From Candidatus Daviesbacteria bacterium (GTDB taxonomy: Bacteria; Patescibacteriota; Microgenomatia; Daviesbacterales; UBA10151): a stretch of 64,000 bases of DNA. The stretch spans positions 7,497 to 71,496 of the forward strand of contig JACOXD010000010.1 of assembly GCA_016176465.1 (NCBI GenBank). Direction: 5' to 3'. Below, piece after piece: positions 28,631 through 39,282 of the stretch. Under the pieces are notes generated by a model. The model did no database searches. It saw nothing but the letters and a program-made list of their open reading frames with translations, and had not been told where the DNA came from. The position numbers and the translations under genes are program-made. Numbering within the stretch: the stretch's first letter is position 1; each line of letters opens with the position of its first letter.

Positions 28631-29992
28631 ATGAATCGCTCTCGCTTAAGTTTGTGGTCTATTATTTTTTTAACCCTGATTGCAATTTTTGTGAATCTGC
28701 CCTTTATTCCCTCAAATATTGAAATCAAACTTAAACAAATTAATTTACCCTTCAATAGATCTATTCCAGAAGTTGAATTTAATCCTACGAAGCTTACTAA
28801 TTTATTTCCCCTAAAATTAGGGCTAGATCTACAAGGAGGTACGCAACTAGTTTTGCAAACTAATATGGAAAAAATTACTAGAGAAGCTAAAGATGATGCT
28901 TTGGAATCTGCTAGGCAAGTAATTGAGAGAAGAGTTAATTTATTTGGAGTATCTGAAGCAATTGTCCAATCATCCAAATTAGGTAATGAGCGAAGAATAT
29001 TAGTTGATCTTCCGGGTATCAAGGACGCATCAAGCGCTGCTTCTTTAGTTGGTAAAACAGCGCAGCTAGAATTTAGGGAAGTGCCAGCATCACAATCCGC
29101 AGAGGCTACCCAATCTGCTTTTTTAGCAATTTATTCAGCAGTTCCGACAGGATTAACTGGCGCAGATTTAAGCAAGGCGCAAGTAGTTTTTGGACAAAGT
29201 GCTACCGCTTTAGCGGGCGCTGAAGTCTCAATTCAGTTTACATCTTCTGGTGCAAAAAAGTTTGCTGATTTAACCAAAAGAAATATTGGTAAACAAATCC
29301 CTATTTTTTTGGATGGAGAAGTAATTTCCTCTCCTGTCGTTCAAACAGAAATACTTGATGGAAATGCGCTAATAACCGGGGATTTTAGCACAGATGAGGC
29401 AAAAAATTTAGTAGTTCAACTAAATGCCGGTGCACTTCCAGTACCAATAAAAATTATTGAACAAAGATCAATAGGAGCCAGCTTAGGATTAGAATCAATA
29501 AATAAAAGTATAATAGCCGGCGTGGTAGGGTTTGCTATTGTCATGATTTATATGATTGCATATTATGGCTTTTGGGGATTAATTGCTGATTGCGCACTAG
29601 TAATTTATACGTTAATTGTTTTGACAATTTTCAAAACAGGTTTATTTATATTACCTCCTGTTACTTTGACACTAGCCGGTATTGCTGGGTTTATTTTATC
29701 TATTGGAATGGCAGTTGATGCCAATATATTGATTTTTGAAAGAATGAAAGAAGAAAGAAGGTGGGGAAAATCACCCTCATTGGCTCTTGAGTTGGGTTTT
29801 AAAAGAGCTTGGTCATCAATTAGAGATTCCAATATTTCCTCACTAATTACTGCATTGGTTTTATACATTTTTGGTAGCGGTTTAGTAAGAGGGTTTGCAG
29901 TTACATTGGCAATTGGTGTTGCAATCTCAATGTTCACGGCAATTATTGTTACCAGAACCATCCTTAGATTATTCTTTAATAGATTAAGTTAA
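28631..29992 (+). CDS. secD: Protein translocase subunit SecD
   Basis: GLDLQGGTQL motif, 6 C-terminal TM helices. Confidence 0.85.
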   Translation: MNRSRLSLWSIIFLTLIAIFVNLPFIPSNIEIKLKQINLPFNRSIPEVEFNPTKLTNLFPLKLGLDLQGGTQLVLQTNMEKITREAKDDALESARQVIERRVNLFGVSEAIVQSSKLGNERRILVDLPGIKDASSAASLVGKTAQLEFREVPASQSAEATQSAFLAIYSAVPTGLTGADLSKAQVVFGQSATALAGAEVSIQFTSSGAKKFADLTKRNIGKQIPIFLDGEVISSPVVQTEILDGNALITGDFSTDEAKNLVVQLNAGALPVPIKIIEQRSIGASLGLESINKSIIAGVVGFAIVMIYMIAYYGFWGLIADCALVIYTLIVLTIFKTGLFILPPVTLTLAGIAGFILSIGMAVDANILIFERMKEERRWGKSPSLALELGFKRAWSSIRDSNISSLITALVLYIFGSGLVRGFAVTLAIGVAISMFTAIIVTRTILRLFFNRLS

Positions 29993-29993
29993 T

Positions 29994-30854
29994 ATGAAAT
30001 TCAAATCAAGAAATCCAAAATATGAGCACTTAAGAAAAAAGTGGACCCAGGATAATAAAAACTTAGCGGAAAACTTATTTGACAAACATTTAAGACATAT
30101 GGCAATTGGTTCACTAGGAGGACTTATGCTTTTAAACACCTCAGGTTTATCTCTAGCACCTTTTTCTCCAATGAGTAGCGACCAATTTAAAGTAACCGGC
30201 GAAGAAAATAAGAACTTAATTTTAGCTGCTAAATTAAAAGATAAAATTCCAAATGAAATAAGATCCTTAACTCCTTTAGAAGAAGATGAAATTACTCAAA
30301 TTTTAAGCCAAGATTTTGGTTTTAAAGTAGCATCAGAGTTAAATGGCAAACGATTAAATAGATATTATGGGTTAATTGGTGGAGAGCAGCATTTGTATAG
30401 ATATCCAGGAGATACAATTTATGCTCATGCTAAAACAGCTCAAGATTGGGCAATGTATGGGAGTTCTGGAATCGCCCCTGGGCTTGGAGCATGGGGATAT
30501 TTTGCACCTTCTAAAGAGGAATTCACAAGCTTAGATGAACAAAAAGAAAGATATTATTTAGCTATACAAACATTTCTAGCCTCTGGTTTTGCAGAAAGGG
30601 TGGGAGAATATAGGGATTTTTTTAAGTTTAGAAAAATGCTGGTGGTGAACCCAAATACTGGTCAAGCCGTGGTTGCTGTTATTGGAGATGCTGGTCCAGC
30701 AGAGTGGACAGGTAAACACTTAGGAGGTTCCCCAGAGGTGATGCATGAAGTTGGACTAGCAGGAGGACCAAGAAAAGGAGCGGTACTTTATTTTTTTATT
30801 GATGATCCGACAGATAGTATCCCTTTGGGACCTGTTAAAGTTAAGGAAACTTAA
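29994..30854 (+). CDS. Membrane-anchored protein with RlpA-like double-psi beta-barrel (DPBB) domain, inserted between secD and secF
   Basis: C-terminal VVNPNTGQAVVAVIGDAGP...GGSPEVMHEVGL resembles RlpA VTNL.NG.S..VR.NDRGP... block; weak. Confidence 0.4.
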   Translation: MKFKSRNPKYEHLRKKWTQDNKNLAENLFDKHLRHMAIGSLGGLMLLNTSGLSLAPFSPMSSDQFKVTGEENKNLILAAKLKDKIPNEIRSLTPLEEDEITQILSQDFGFKVASELNGKRLNRYYGLIGGEQHLYRYPGDTIYAHAKTAQDWAMYGSSGIAPGLGAWGYFAPSKEEFTSLDEQKERYYLAIQTFLASGFAERVGEYRDFFKFRKMLVVNPNTGQAVVAVIGDAGPAEWTGKHLGGSPEVMHEVGLAGGPRKGAVLYFFIDDPTDSIPLGPVKVKET

Positions 30855-30857
30855 GAT

Positions 30858-31181
30858 ATGAAATTTTACTCACATTTAATTGAGATAGAATCAATAATAC
30901 TTGAGCTGGATCATCTTGATTTATCTGATAAAGAAAAAAAACACTTAGCAAGTTTAATAGATGATAATTTGCATCAGTGCATTTTAGATGCAGTATTATC
31001 CCACCTAACACCTGAAGATAAAAAAACTTTCATCAACCACTTAAATGCTAAGGATCAAGAAAAAATTTGGGAATTTCTAAATAATAAAGTTGAAAATATA
31101 GAAGAGAAAATTAAAGTAGCAGCTAAAGATTTAAAAACAAAAATTCATAAAGATTTAAAGATAGCAAAAAGGATTTCTTAA
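30858..31181 (+). CDS. Hypothetical acidic coiled-coil protein
   Basis: ORF only. Confidence 0.35.
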   Translation: MKFYSHLIEIESIILELDHLDLSDKEKKHLASLIDDNLHQCILDAVLSHLTPEDKKTFINHLNAKDQEKIWEFLNNKVENIEEKIKVAAKDLKTKIHKDLKIAKRIS

Positions 31182-31182
31182 A

Positions 31183-32046
31183 ATGCTAAGATTAATGCGT
31201 TATAAATATGTTTTCTTTATTATCTCCACTTTAGTGATTTTACCTGGTTTGTATTTTCTAATAACTAGTGGATTAAAGTTAGGTATAGATTTTACCGGAG
31301 GTTCGCTTCTTGAATATCATTTTGAAAAAGAAATAAACATTGATGAGCTAAAAAAGTATGGGCAAGTCGTTAAATCCGGTGATAAAACTTATATTCTAAG
31401 AACAAAGCCTCAAGAATTCCAAGAGTTGCAGAAGTTAAAAAGTGAATTAGCTAAACTATTTGGAAAATTTGATGTTAGAAGAGAGGAAAATGTTGGGCCA
31501 ATTATTGGTCAAGAGTTAAAACAAAAAGCCATCCTGGCAACTATTGTTGCTTGTGTGGCAATTTTAATTTATATTAGTATTTCTTTTAGAAAAGTTCCTA
31601 AACCAACATCCTCTTTTCGCTTTGCCCTCTCAACAATAGTTGCACTTATTCATGATGTATTACTCATAGTGGGAGTTTTTGCAATTTTAGGGAAATTTTA
31701 CAATATAGAGATAGATACTTTATTTGTCAGCGCATTACTTACTATAATTGGGTTTTCCGTTCATGATTCTATTGTAGTTTTAGATAGGGTTAGAGAAAAT
31801 CTAACTAAGTTTTCAGGAAAAAAATTTAGCGAAATTGCTGATATTTCTATTACCCAAACTTTAGCAAGATCCTTAAATACTTCTTTAACAGTGGTATTTG
31901 TTTTAGTGGCCCTGCTTTTGTTTGGAGGAGAAACAATCCGCTATTTTACGATTGCCTTGCTTGTAGGGGTGATCTCAGGCACATACTCCTCAATTTTTAA
32001 TGCACTAGCTTTCCTTACTTGGTGGGAAGAAAAATTAGGACATTAA
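31183..32046 (+). CDS. secF: Protein translocase subunit SecF
   Basis: GIDFTGGSLLEY motif, 6 TM helices. Confidence 0.85.
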   Translation: MLRLMRYKYVFFIISTLVILPGLYFLITSGLKLGIDFTGGSLLEYHFEKEINIDELKKYGQVVKSGDKTYILRTKPQEFQELQKLKSELAKLFGKFDVRREENVGPIIGQELKQKAILATIVACVAILIYISISFRKVPKPTSSFRFALSTIVALIHDVLLIVGVFAILGKFYNIEIDTLFVSALLTIIGFSVHDSIVVLDRVRENLTKFSGKKFSEIADISITQTLARSLNTSLTVVFVLVALLLFGGETIRYFTIALLVGVISGTYSSIFNALAFLTWWEEKLGH

Positions 32047-32049
32047 ATA

Positions 32050-32433
32050 TTACTTTTTTTGTCCAAGAAGGTAAAGAGCATAAAGTCCTGGTAAACCTAA
32101 TATTACTCCGATTAAAACAGATGAAACATTTGGATCAGCTGTTGAATTTTCAAAAAGCAAATCTATTCCATACAGATTTTGAGTTCGAAGGAAGCTATAA
32201 TATAAAATATCCAAAGTCCAAGCTATAGTTAATACCCAAAATAAAACTCGAGCAGTTTTTCTGGAAAAAATAACTTTAGAAAATGCAAGTGAATAAACTG
32301 CAACTAAAATTATAATCATCTCAACAAAACCTCTATAATCTGCTAAAGTTAACAGTGAAATTTGAGCAAAACTACCAATCACTCCTAAAACAAAAAGTGC
32401 TAAATAGATGGCAAAAATAATCTTCCAGATCAT
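32050..32433 (-). CDS. Hypothetical small membrane protein (4 TM)
   Basis: ORF, hydrophobic profile. Confidence 0.4.
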   Translation of the reverse strand: MIWKIIFAIYLALFVLGVIGSFAQISLLTLADYRGFVEMIIILVAVYSLAFSKVIFSRKTARVLFWVLTIAWTLDILYYSFLRTQNLYGIDLLFENSTADPNVSSVLIGVILGLPGLYALYLLGQKK

Positions 32434-32469
32434 AATTTAATATTCTAACTATTTTTTAAAAATGTCAAG

Positions 32470-33918
32470 CTAGGCTTGCTCTTTGATTTTACTAAACAAG
32501 TATTCTTTGGTATTTTTAGATGAATCATCTGACACTTCTTTAAATAACTTTTCTAAAACTTCTCCCACTTTTGGTCCTGGTTTTATATTTAATATTCTCA
32601 TCACATCATTACCATTTACTTTTAAATCATTTATAGAAAAGGGTTTTTTTAAAACTTGTTTTATTCTTTCTTTAAATTTTTCCATTCTCCAAGAAACAGG
32701 TTTGCTGGTATCCCCTCCAAGTCTATCCCCAATTCTTAAAGCAAACATATCATCTAAATTTTCTAAGCCTACATTTTTAATAAATCTTCTAATAGCAGAA
32801 TCTGTTTGTCTTTCATCTGTTGAAAACATATGCCACCTAATTAGCGAGTATAATTTATCGGTTTGTTTTTTAGAAAGATTAAACCTTTTAGCAATATTTA
32901 ATGCTAAATCTGCTCCAACGATATCATGATTGTAAAAAGTTACATTCCCCACGGAGTCTTTTTTAAAAGTTTTAGCTTTCCCAATATCGTGTAAGAGAGC
33001 GGCAAACTTCACAATAGGATCTAGTGAGGGAGTTTCTCGCATAGTTCTCAAAGAGTGATCTCCAATGTCATAAATCCTATCATGCTTAGGTCCTTCTTGG
33101 ATTATCCCAAAACATTTTTCTACCTCAGGCAGTATTAGTTTTAGTATCCCAGTCTCTTTTAATAGCTTTATTCCGAAATAAGGACTGCCTGATTCTAGAA
33201 TTTTAAAAAGTTCATCCCTAATTCGCTCCCTAGCAATTTCTTTAATTAGTTTGGCATTTTCCTTAATGCTAGAAAAAGTAGTTTTTTCGATCTCAAATTC
33301 CAACTCTGTGGCAATCCTAATTGCTCTCATTAGACGCAGTGCATCCTCCTGGAAGCGTTTGGAGGAATCTCCAACTGCTCTGATTAATTTTTCCTTAAGA
33401 TCTTTTTGTCCATTAAATGGATCAATAATCCCTTTTTTGTCATCCTGAGGTGCGGGTCCCTTTAGGGAGGAAGGATCTAGAGATTCTTCGCTGGCGCTTA
33501 AAATGATAGAAGGAAGAAACGCCATTGCGTTGATTGTGAAATCGCGTCTTCCTAAATCTTCTTCAATTTTATTAGTCCAAGAAACTTCAACTGGGTGACG
33601 ATGATCTTTATAGTTTCCCTCTTTTCTCATTGTTGTAATTTCATAAACTTTTAAATCTTCGCTATGGTCGGCATCCCCGCTCACTTGTTCACTAACGCTA
33701 GCAGGGATTCCCACAGTTCCAAATTTATTATCATAAAAACCATCCGGGAAGATTTTTAAAATCTCTTCTGGCTTAGCATCTGTTGTGAAATCAAAATCTT
33801 TAACCTCCTTCTTCATTAAAAGATCACGAACAGCTCCTCCCACAATATAAATTTGGAAATTTGCTTTTTTAAACTTATTTATAATCTCTAAGATATCTTT
33901 AGGTATTGCAAGTTTCAT
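32470..33918 (-). CDS. cca: CCA-adding tRNA nucleotidyltransferase / poly(A) polymerase family with HD domain
   Basis: IVGGAVRDLLM..DFDFTT head motif; HD motif HDIGK; C-terminal tRNA-binding region. Confidence 0.8.
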   Translation of the reverse strand: MKLAIPKDILEIINKFKKANFQIYIVGGAVRDLLMKKEVKDFDFTTDAKPEEILKIFPDGFYDNKFGTVGIPASVSEQVSGDADHSEDLKVYEITTMRKEGNYKDHRHPVEVSWTNKIEEDLGRRDFTINAMAFLPSIILSASEESLDPSSLKGPAPQDDKKGIIDPFNGQKDLKEKLIRAVGDSSKRFQEDALRLMRAIRIATELEFEIEKTTFSSIKENAKLIKEIARERIRDELFKILESGSPYFGIKLLKETGILKLILPEVEKCFGIIQEGPKHDRIYDIGDHSLRTMRETPSLDPIVKFAALLHDIGKAKTFKKDSVGNVTFYNHDIVGADLALNIAKRFNLSKKQTDKLYSLIRWHMFSTDERQTDSAIRRFIKNVGLENLDDMFALRIGDRLGGDTSKPVSWRMEKFKERIKQVLKKPFSINDLKVNGNDVMRILNIKPGPKVGEVLEKLFKEVSDDSSKNTKEYLFSKIKEQA

Positions 33919-33971
33919 ATAAGGGAATTTTAACCTGATTACCTCTATGTTACAATTAGCGCTGCCTAAAA

Positions 33972-35609
33972 ATGATTACTGCCAAGATTTGGAAAGTTAA
34001 AGAAAGAAGTAAAGAGGATTTAATAGAGCAGCTTTTGCTTAATAGGGGGCTAAATTCAAAAAAACAAAAGGATGAATTCTTTAATCCTAAATTGGAAAAC
34101 TTCCAAAAGGATTTAGAAATCAAAGGAATAAAGATAGCCCAAAAAAGAATACAGAAAGCTATATATAACCAGGAGCTAATTATAGTCTATGGGGATTATG
34201 ATGTTGATGGAATTGCTGCATCGGCCATAGTATATAAGGCCTTAACTTCTTTGGGAGCAAAGATTTTGCCCTATATTCCCCACCGCGAAAAAGAAGGATA
34301 TGGATTGTCAAAATTAGGTTTAGAGCATGCCAGGGATAGTGGTGCAACTTTAGTTATTACAGTTGATAATGGAATTGTAGCAATAAAGCAGGCTGAATTT
34401 GCTAAAGAATTGGGTTTGGATTTAATTATTACTGACCATCATTTACCGCTTGATGAAAAACCACAAGCTTTTGCAATTGTCCACTCTATTAAAATGTGCG
34501 GAGCTGGTGTGGCTTGGTGTTTAGTTAAAGATTTAATAAAAAAAGATCTAAGTGATGAACTTTTACAGTTTGTAGTAATTGCCACCATTGCAGATTTAAT
34601 GCCTTTAGTGGGATTAGGTAGAGCATTTGCAGTTGAAGGTTTAAAACAGCTTAATCAAACTAAAAACTTAGGTCTAGTTGCACTGATGAAAGAATCTGGT
34701 TTAGAGCCAGGTGAGATTACTGGTTATGACGTAGGTTATATTTTAGCTCCCCGCCTAAATGCTATTGGCAGGTTGGAACATGCAATTGATGCATTAAGGC
34801 TTCTTTGCACTAATGACCCTATTAAAGCTACAAAATTAGCAAAGCTTTGCAGTGATACAAATTCCATAAGACAAAAAATAACAGAGGAGGCTATGATTGA
34901 TGCTAAAGCTCTTATAGATAGTAAGGACAAAAGCAAGATTCACATTGTTGATAGCGAAAAATGGGTTCCGGGAATTATAGGTTTAATAGCAGGTCGGATT
35001 TCTGAGGAGTATTATCGTCCGGCCATAGCAATATCTATCGGTGAGGGTATATCCAAAGGATCTGCCAGATCAATAAATGGGGTAAATATTGTTGAAATAA
35101 TTAGGACCTGCTCTGATATTTTAGTGGATGTAGGAGGACACTCAGGAGCTGCGGGATTTAGCATAGCAAATGATAAAATTGCTGAATTTAAATTAAGAAT
35201 TCGTAAACATTTAGAAAGTTTAGAGGATTTTTCAGACCCAATCTTGGAAATCGATGCAGAAGTTTCAAAAAAGGATTTGACGCTACATTATGCTAGGTTA
35301 ATAGAAAAATTTGCACCATTTGGATTGGGTAATCCTAGGCCCTTACTTATTAGCTCTGCCATGGCAGTTTCCGATTTAAGAACAGTGGGAGAGGGAAAAC
35401 ATTTAAAATTTAAAGTCTCTCCCTCTGTCATCCACAGTGGAGCAGCACGGAATGAAGGATCTATTGATTGTATAGCTTTCAATATGGGAGATTTAAAAGA
35501 TATTTTAATTGATGGAATTTTAGTTGATTTGGTTTTTTACTTAGAAGTGAATAGGTTTAACGGAACAGAAAAAATACAATTAAAAGTTAAAGATCTTAAG
35601 TTAGCTTAA
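33972..35609 (+). CDS. recJ: Single-stranded-DNA-specific exonuclease RecJ
   Basis: DHH motifs IVYGDYDVDGIAAS, ITDHH; DHHA1 GGH..AAG. Confidence 0.85.
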   Translation: MITAKIWKVKERSKEDLIEQLLLNRGLNSKKQKDEFFNPKLENFQKDLEIKGIKIAQKRIQKAIYNQELIIVYGDYDVDGIAASAIVYKALTSLGAKILPYIPHREKEGYGLSKLGLEHARDSGATLVITVDNGIVAIKQAEFAKELGLDLIITDHHLPLDEKPQAFAIVHSIKMCGAGVAWCLVKDLIKKDLSDELLQFVVIATIADLMPLVGLGRAFAVEGLKQLNQTKNLGLVALMKESGLEPGEITGYDVGYILAPRLNAIGRLEHAIDALRLLCTNDPIKATKLAKLCSDTNSIRQKITEEAMIDAKALIDSKDKSKIHIVDSEKWVPGIIGLIAGRISEEYYRPAIAISIGEGISKGSARSINGVNIVEIIRTCSDILVDVGGHSGAAGFSIANDKIAEFKLRIRKHLESLEDFSDPILEIDAEVSKKDLTLHYARLIEKFAPFGLGNPRPLLISSAMAVSDLRTVGEGKHLKFKVSPSVIHSGAARNEGSIDCIAFNMGDLKDILIDGILVDLVFYLEVNRFNGTEKIQLKVKDLKLA

Positions 35610-36526
35610 GAGGAGATTTTAGTTAAAAATTCTAAATATTTTGGGTATTCCCCATGGACTAATTTGTTATAAATATCTTGGACTTTGCCAGTAATTTCTC
35701 CTACCACACCATCTCCAATCTTTCGATCATCAATTTCTATAACTGGTAAAATCTCTGCTCCTGTTCCAACTAAAAAAACCTCATCAGCAGATGTTAGTTG
35801 GGTTTTAACTAAACTTTCCTCCTTAACCTCAATGTTTAAATCTTCCTTTATGATTTTTATAACAGTGTCTCTGGTTACACCTTGTAAAATATCATCTGAA
35901 ATAGGAGGAGTGTAAGCAATATTGTTTTTAACAATAAATAAATTTTCTGCACTTCCTTCCACTACATTACCTTTATGGTCTAAAAATAAAGCTTCATCAT
36001 ATCCCGCTAATGAACTCTCTGTCTTAGCAAGTGAGGTATTAACATAAGACCCAGTAATTTTGCCTCTAGGAGGAATTTGATTATCTGATACCCTAACCCA
36101 GGATGAAATTTTACAATGAATACCTTTTTTTATATCTCCATACCTTCCAAGAGGGACAGTGTAAATAAGGAAGCTATCTCTTAAGGTTTTTAAATTAAAA
36201 TTACCAACAGCGGGATCTGATTTAAATGCTAGCGGTCTAATATAAAGGTCAGTTTTTTCAAAATTTTTTTTGACCAATTCTTTAGTTATATCAATCAACT
36301 TTTCTAAAGAGTAGGGCAAGTCAATAAATAAAATTTTGCATGATTGAAGCATCCTCTTATAGTGATCATCAACTCTAAAAATAAATAGTGCATCCATCTT
36401 TTTTGAATAATAGGCCCTAATCCCTTCAAAACAACCAGTCCCATAATGCAAAGCATGAGTAGTTATGGGCACATTAGCTTCATCTAGTGGGATAAATTTT
36501 CTATCAAAAAATACTTGTGGTTTCAT
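35606..36526 (-). CDS. ilvE: Branched-chain amino acid aminotransferase (class IV PLP)
   Basis: HYGTGCFEGIRAY, GTGAEI fold motifs. Confidence 0.8.
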   Translation of the reverse strand: MKPQVFFDRKFIPLDEANVPITTHALHYGTGCFEGIRAYYSKKMDALFIFRVDDHYKRMLQSCKILFIDLPYSLEKLIDITKELVKKNFEKTDLYIRPLAFKSDPAVGNFNLKTLRDSFLIYTVPLGRYGDIKKGIHCKISSWVRVSDNQIPPRGKITGSYVNTSLAKTESSLAGYDEALFLDHKGNVVEGSAENLFIVKNNIAYTPPISDDILQGVTRDTVIKIIKEDLNIEVKEESLVKTQLTSADEVFLVGTGAEILPVIEIDDRKIGDGVVGEITGKVQDIYNKLVHGEYPKYLEFLTKISS

Positions 36527-36816
36527 TTTTCTATTTTATACGAAATTTTAAATAAAGCATGCCAAACATTTTTAATTACCTCTTCGTTTATTCCAAGGGC
36601 TCTCGCCTCTATAATTAAGGTATTAATCTTAGCCTTCTCTCTACTTGGATCCTTTACTTCTTTACCATTTATTTTTTTTATTTTCCCGATTTTTTCGACT
36701 ACTATTATTCTTTTTTTCAGTAACTTTAGAATTTTTTTGTCTATTTGATCAATATCTTTTCTATATTTACTTAAACTATCCATTAAACTGCTCCTAAAAT
36801 CTTGGTTACCGGGCAA
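36523..36816 (-). CDS. Chorismate mutase (AroQ class)
   Basis: 97 aa; IDQIDKKILKLLKKR.. helix typical of CM_2. Confidence 0.7.
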   Translation of the reverse strand: MPGNQDFRSSLMDSLSKYRKDIDQIDKKILKLLKKRIIVVEKIGKIKKINGKEVKDPSREKAKINTLIIEARALGINEEVIKNVWHALFKISYKIEK

Positions 36817-38408
36817 TATTGTTTTAAAATATTTAAAGCTTGAGTTAACTTTTGATCATTTAAGTTTACCTCAACTTCAATAAAAAAGTAATAATCCCAT
36901 ACCTTTTCTTTACTAGGACGGGATTCAATTTTATTTAAATTAATTCCTAAATCCGCAAACACACTTAAAATATCCCTTAAAATTCCTACTCTGTTAAAAA
37001 TAGTTAGAAAGAGTAAGGTTTTCGTAGAAACTTTTGCCAAAGGATTTAAGTGTTTGGAAATTAAATAAAATTTGGTGATATTATTTTGATTATCCTCAAT
37101 ATTTTTGGCCAAAATATTTAAGTTATAAAGTTTTGCCGCGAGTGATGGGCCAATAAAAGCTACTCCTTTTTTAGCTGCATCATTAGCAATCCCGGATAAT
37201 GTGCTGGCAGAGTATTCCAACTGTACTTGTGGCAAATTCTCATTCAAATAGTGTTTGCATTGAGCAATTCCTTGAGGATGGGAAATTACTTTTTTTATTT
37301 TATTTAAGCTAGATTCCTTGGAAAGTAAGTTTTGATTAACTTTAAGTTCTAAAGATCCATTAGTTTTCAAGTTAAACTTTACAAGAAAGTCTAGTGTTTC
37401 CCGGATAGTCCCTTCAGTTGAATTTTCTGCTGGGACTACCCCAAAATCTAGCTCACCATAAGATAGCGCTTGAAAAATATCAAACAAAGTGGGTTTAGGT
37501 ATTAGAGTTTGTTCGTTACTATCAACAACTTTTAAAGCTGCTTGGTGAGAAAAAGTTCCATTTGGTCCTAAAAAACCCAATTTTACCTTTTTTAGATTTA
37601 GCTTTAAACTTTTATGTTTGTCAATAATAGTTTGGATTTTTGTAGGATTTGGTTCAACTTGGGATTTCAAAGTTCTAATTTCTTTTTTAATTAAATCTTC
37701 TTTCTTTTTGATAATTAATTTAATTAAAACTTCCTGGTTTTTAAGATGATTTTTTAAAATAGCAGGATACTCAGGGTTATTAATCTGTAGTTGAGAGATT
37801 AATTCTTCATCTTGAGCGAGTACTCTACTCAAAACAGAAACTTGATTTAAAAAAACAGGTGTAGAAATTTTTCCTGCTGTATTTATTTTATTTTGAAGTA
37901 AGGTTTTTGCCAAACTTATGTTGATGAAATGAATTAGGGCTTGAATGTGAGCCATCTGGAAATCGTGTTCTTTAAGTCCTAAGTTTATGATTTGTCCTCC
38001 CGCATTTTGAATTAGCTTTCTTAAGTTTTCAATAAGTTTATGTTTTTTAATTTCCACAAAAATTACTTTTTGATTCTCAATAGATGATAATTTAGGTCCA
38101 AATAATAAATGCATACATAAAGCTCCATTTTTAGTTTTTTCTAAACTTTTTGATGTTTTGGAGATGATGGAAGATAAATCCACCAATAAAACATCATCCC
38201 TGCTAATTTTGGAAGTCTCATCAATTACTTTTGGTGCAATAGAAATCGGGACAGAGATAAAAATAATATCTGAATTTTTTACATCATCTGATTTGGAATT
38301 ATTTTTCCCACTGATAGTACTAGATACTCCTTGGCTTTCCAAAAAATTTTTAAGCCAATTACCCATTGCACCAGTTCCACCAATAATGTGAATTCTTAAG
38401 TTGTCCAT
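36783..38408 (-). CDS. Bifunctional prephenate dehydrogenase (TyrA) / prephenate dehydratase (PheA) fusion with C-terminal ACT domain
   Basis: N-terminal Rossmann IIGGTGAMG + PDH region; central PDT motif GFLGPNGTFSHQAA; C-terminal ACT LLFLTIFNRVGILRDIL. Confidence 0.75.
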   Translation of the reverse strand: MDNLRIHIIGGTGAMGNWLKNFLESQGVSSTISGKNNSKSDDVKNSDIIFISVPISIAPKVIDETSKISRDDVLLVDLSSIISKTSKSLEKTKNGALCMHLLFGPKLSSIENQKVIFVEIKKHKLIENLRKLIQNAGGQIINLGLKEHDFQMAHIQALIHFINISLAKTLLQNKINTAGKISTPVFLNQVSVLSRVLAQDEELISQLQINNPEYPAILKNHLKNQEVLIKLIIKKKEDLIKKEIRTLKSQVEPNPTKIQTIIDKHKSLKLNLKKVKLGFLGPNGTFSHQAALKVVDSNEQTLIPKPTLFDIFQALSYGELDFGVVPAENSTEGTIRETLDFLVKFNLKTNGSLELKVNQNLLSKESSLNKIKKVISHPQGIAQCKHYLNENLPQVQLEYSASTLSGIANDAAKKGVAFIGPSLAAKLYNLNILAKNIEDNQNNITKFYLISKHLNPLAKVSTKTLLFLTIFNRVGILRDILSVFADLGINLNKIESRPSKEKVWDYYFFIEVEVNLNDQKLTQALNILKQYCPVTKILGAV

Positions 38409-39271
38409 ATTGAATTTTCATCCTCTCTATTTAACTTTCTGTATAATTTTAAAATTAACCCTGCCAGTTTATCCCAAGTTAAGTGTTGGTTAGAATCTGT
38501 TAGTGCGTTTCCTGGATCAATCCTAGTTTCTATAATAAACCCATCAAAGTTCTTTCCTAAGTTTTGACTAAAGGTTAGTGTTTCCTCTATTACTTTTTCA
38601 ACATTAGCAGTTGTGCCGCCAATATGGGAAGGATCAATTATCATGGATAGATCTGATGTTTCTTTGACCCTTAAAGCCATTGCTAAATCATGAGGATTTC
38701 TGTAAGAGTTTGGATTTCTTGGTTCCTCAGTTCCTGGATCAAACCCACGATGACATAAAATTATTTTACCCTCTAATTTTTTAGCCCTCTCCTCATCACC
38801 TAATACATGGGATAAAATTCCCAGCCAGTGTTTTTCACTTTTCCAGGGTTGATTTTTAATCATTAAATAAACTCCCCCACCTTGAGTGGAAACCAATTCT
38901 CCAATCTCATCTTGATCCAGGTGCTCTTGCATCCTGGAGCCAATCCAGATTAAGACTTGAGGATTATTAGATTTTTGTTTAATGGTTTTTATTATATCTT
39001 TTGCCATTGAAACATTTCGCACCTCGGTTGCAGGAATCATTCCTAAATTTGCTATCTCCACAAGTCCATCTAAAAATTCCTGCCTTTTATCTTTTGATTC
39101 ATGGTACATCCCACTCCAGGATCTTACAGTTCTTGGTTTATAGCCAGATGCCCTAAAAATTAATCCACCCATTTTTTTAAAAACTAGGGCATTCTCAAGC
39201 ATCTGCTTTCTACTTTCAGCAGCACATGGTCCTGCTATTATTATTGGTGATTTAAGATTTATTAATTTCAT
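38396..39271 (-). CDS. 3-deoxy-7-phosphoheptulonate (DAHP) synthase, type I-beta (KDO8PS-like)
   Basis: IIAGPCAAES...GYKPRT motif. Confidence 0.8.
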   Translation of the reverse strand: MKLINLKSPIIIAGPCAAESRKQMLENALVFKKMGGLIFRASGYKPRTVRSWSGMYHESKDKRQEFLDGLVEIANLGMIPATEVRNVSMAKDIIKTIKQKSNNPQVLIWIGSRMQEHLDQDEIGELVSTQGGGVYLMIKNQPWKSEKHWLGILSHVLGDEERAKKLEGKIILCHRGFDPGTEEPRNPNSYRNPHDLAMALRVKETSDLSMIIDPSHIGGTTANVEKVIEETLTFSQNLGKNFDGFIIETRIDPGNALTDSNQHLTWDKLAGLILKLYRKLNREDENSIWTT

Positions 39272-39282
39272 ATTTTTCCATT

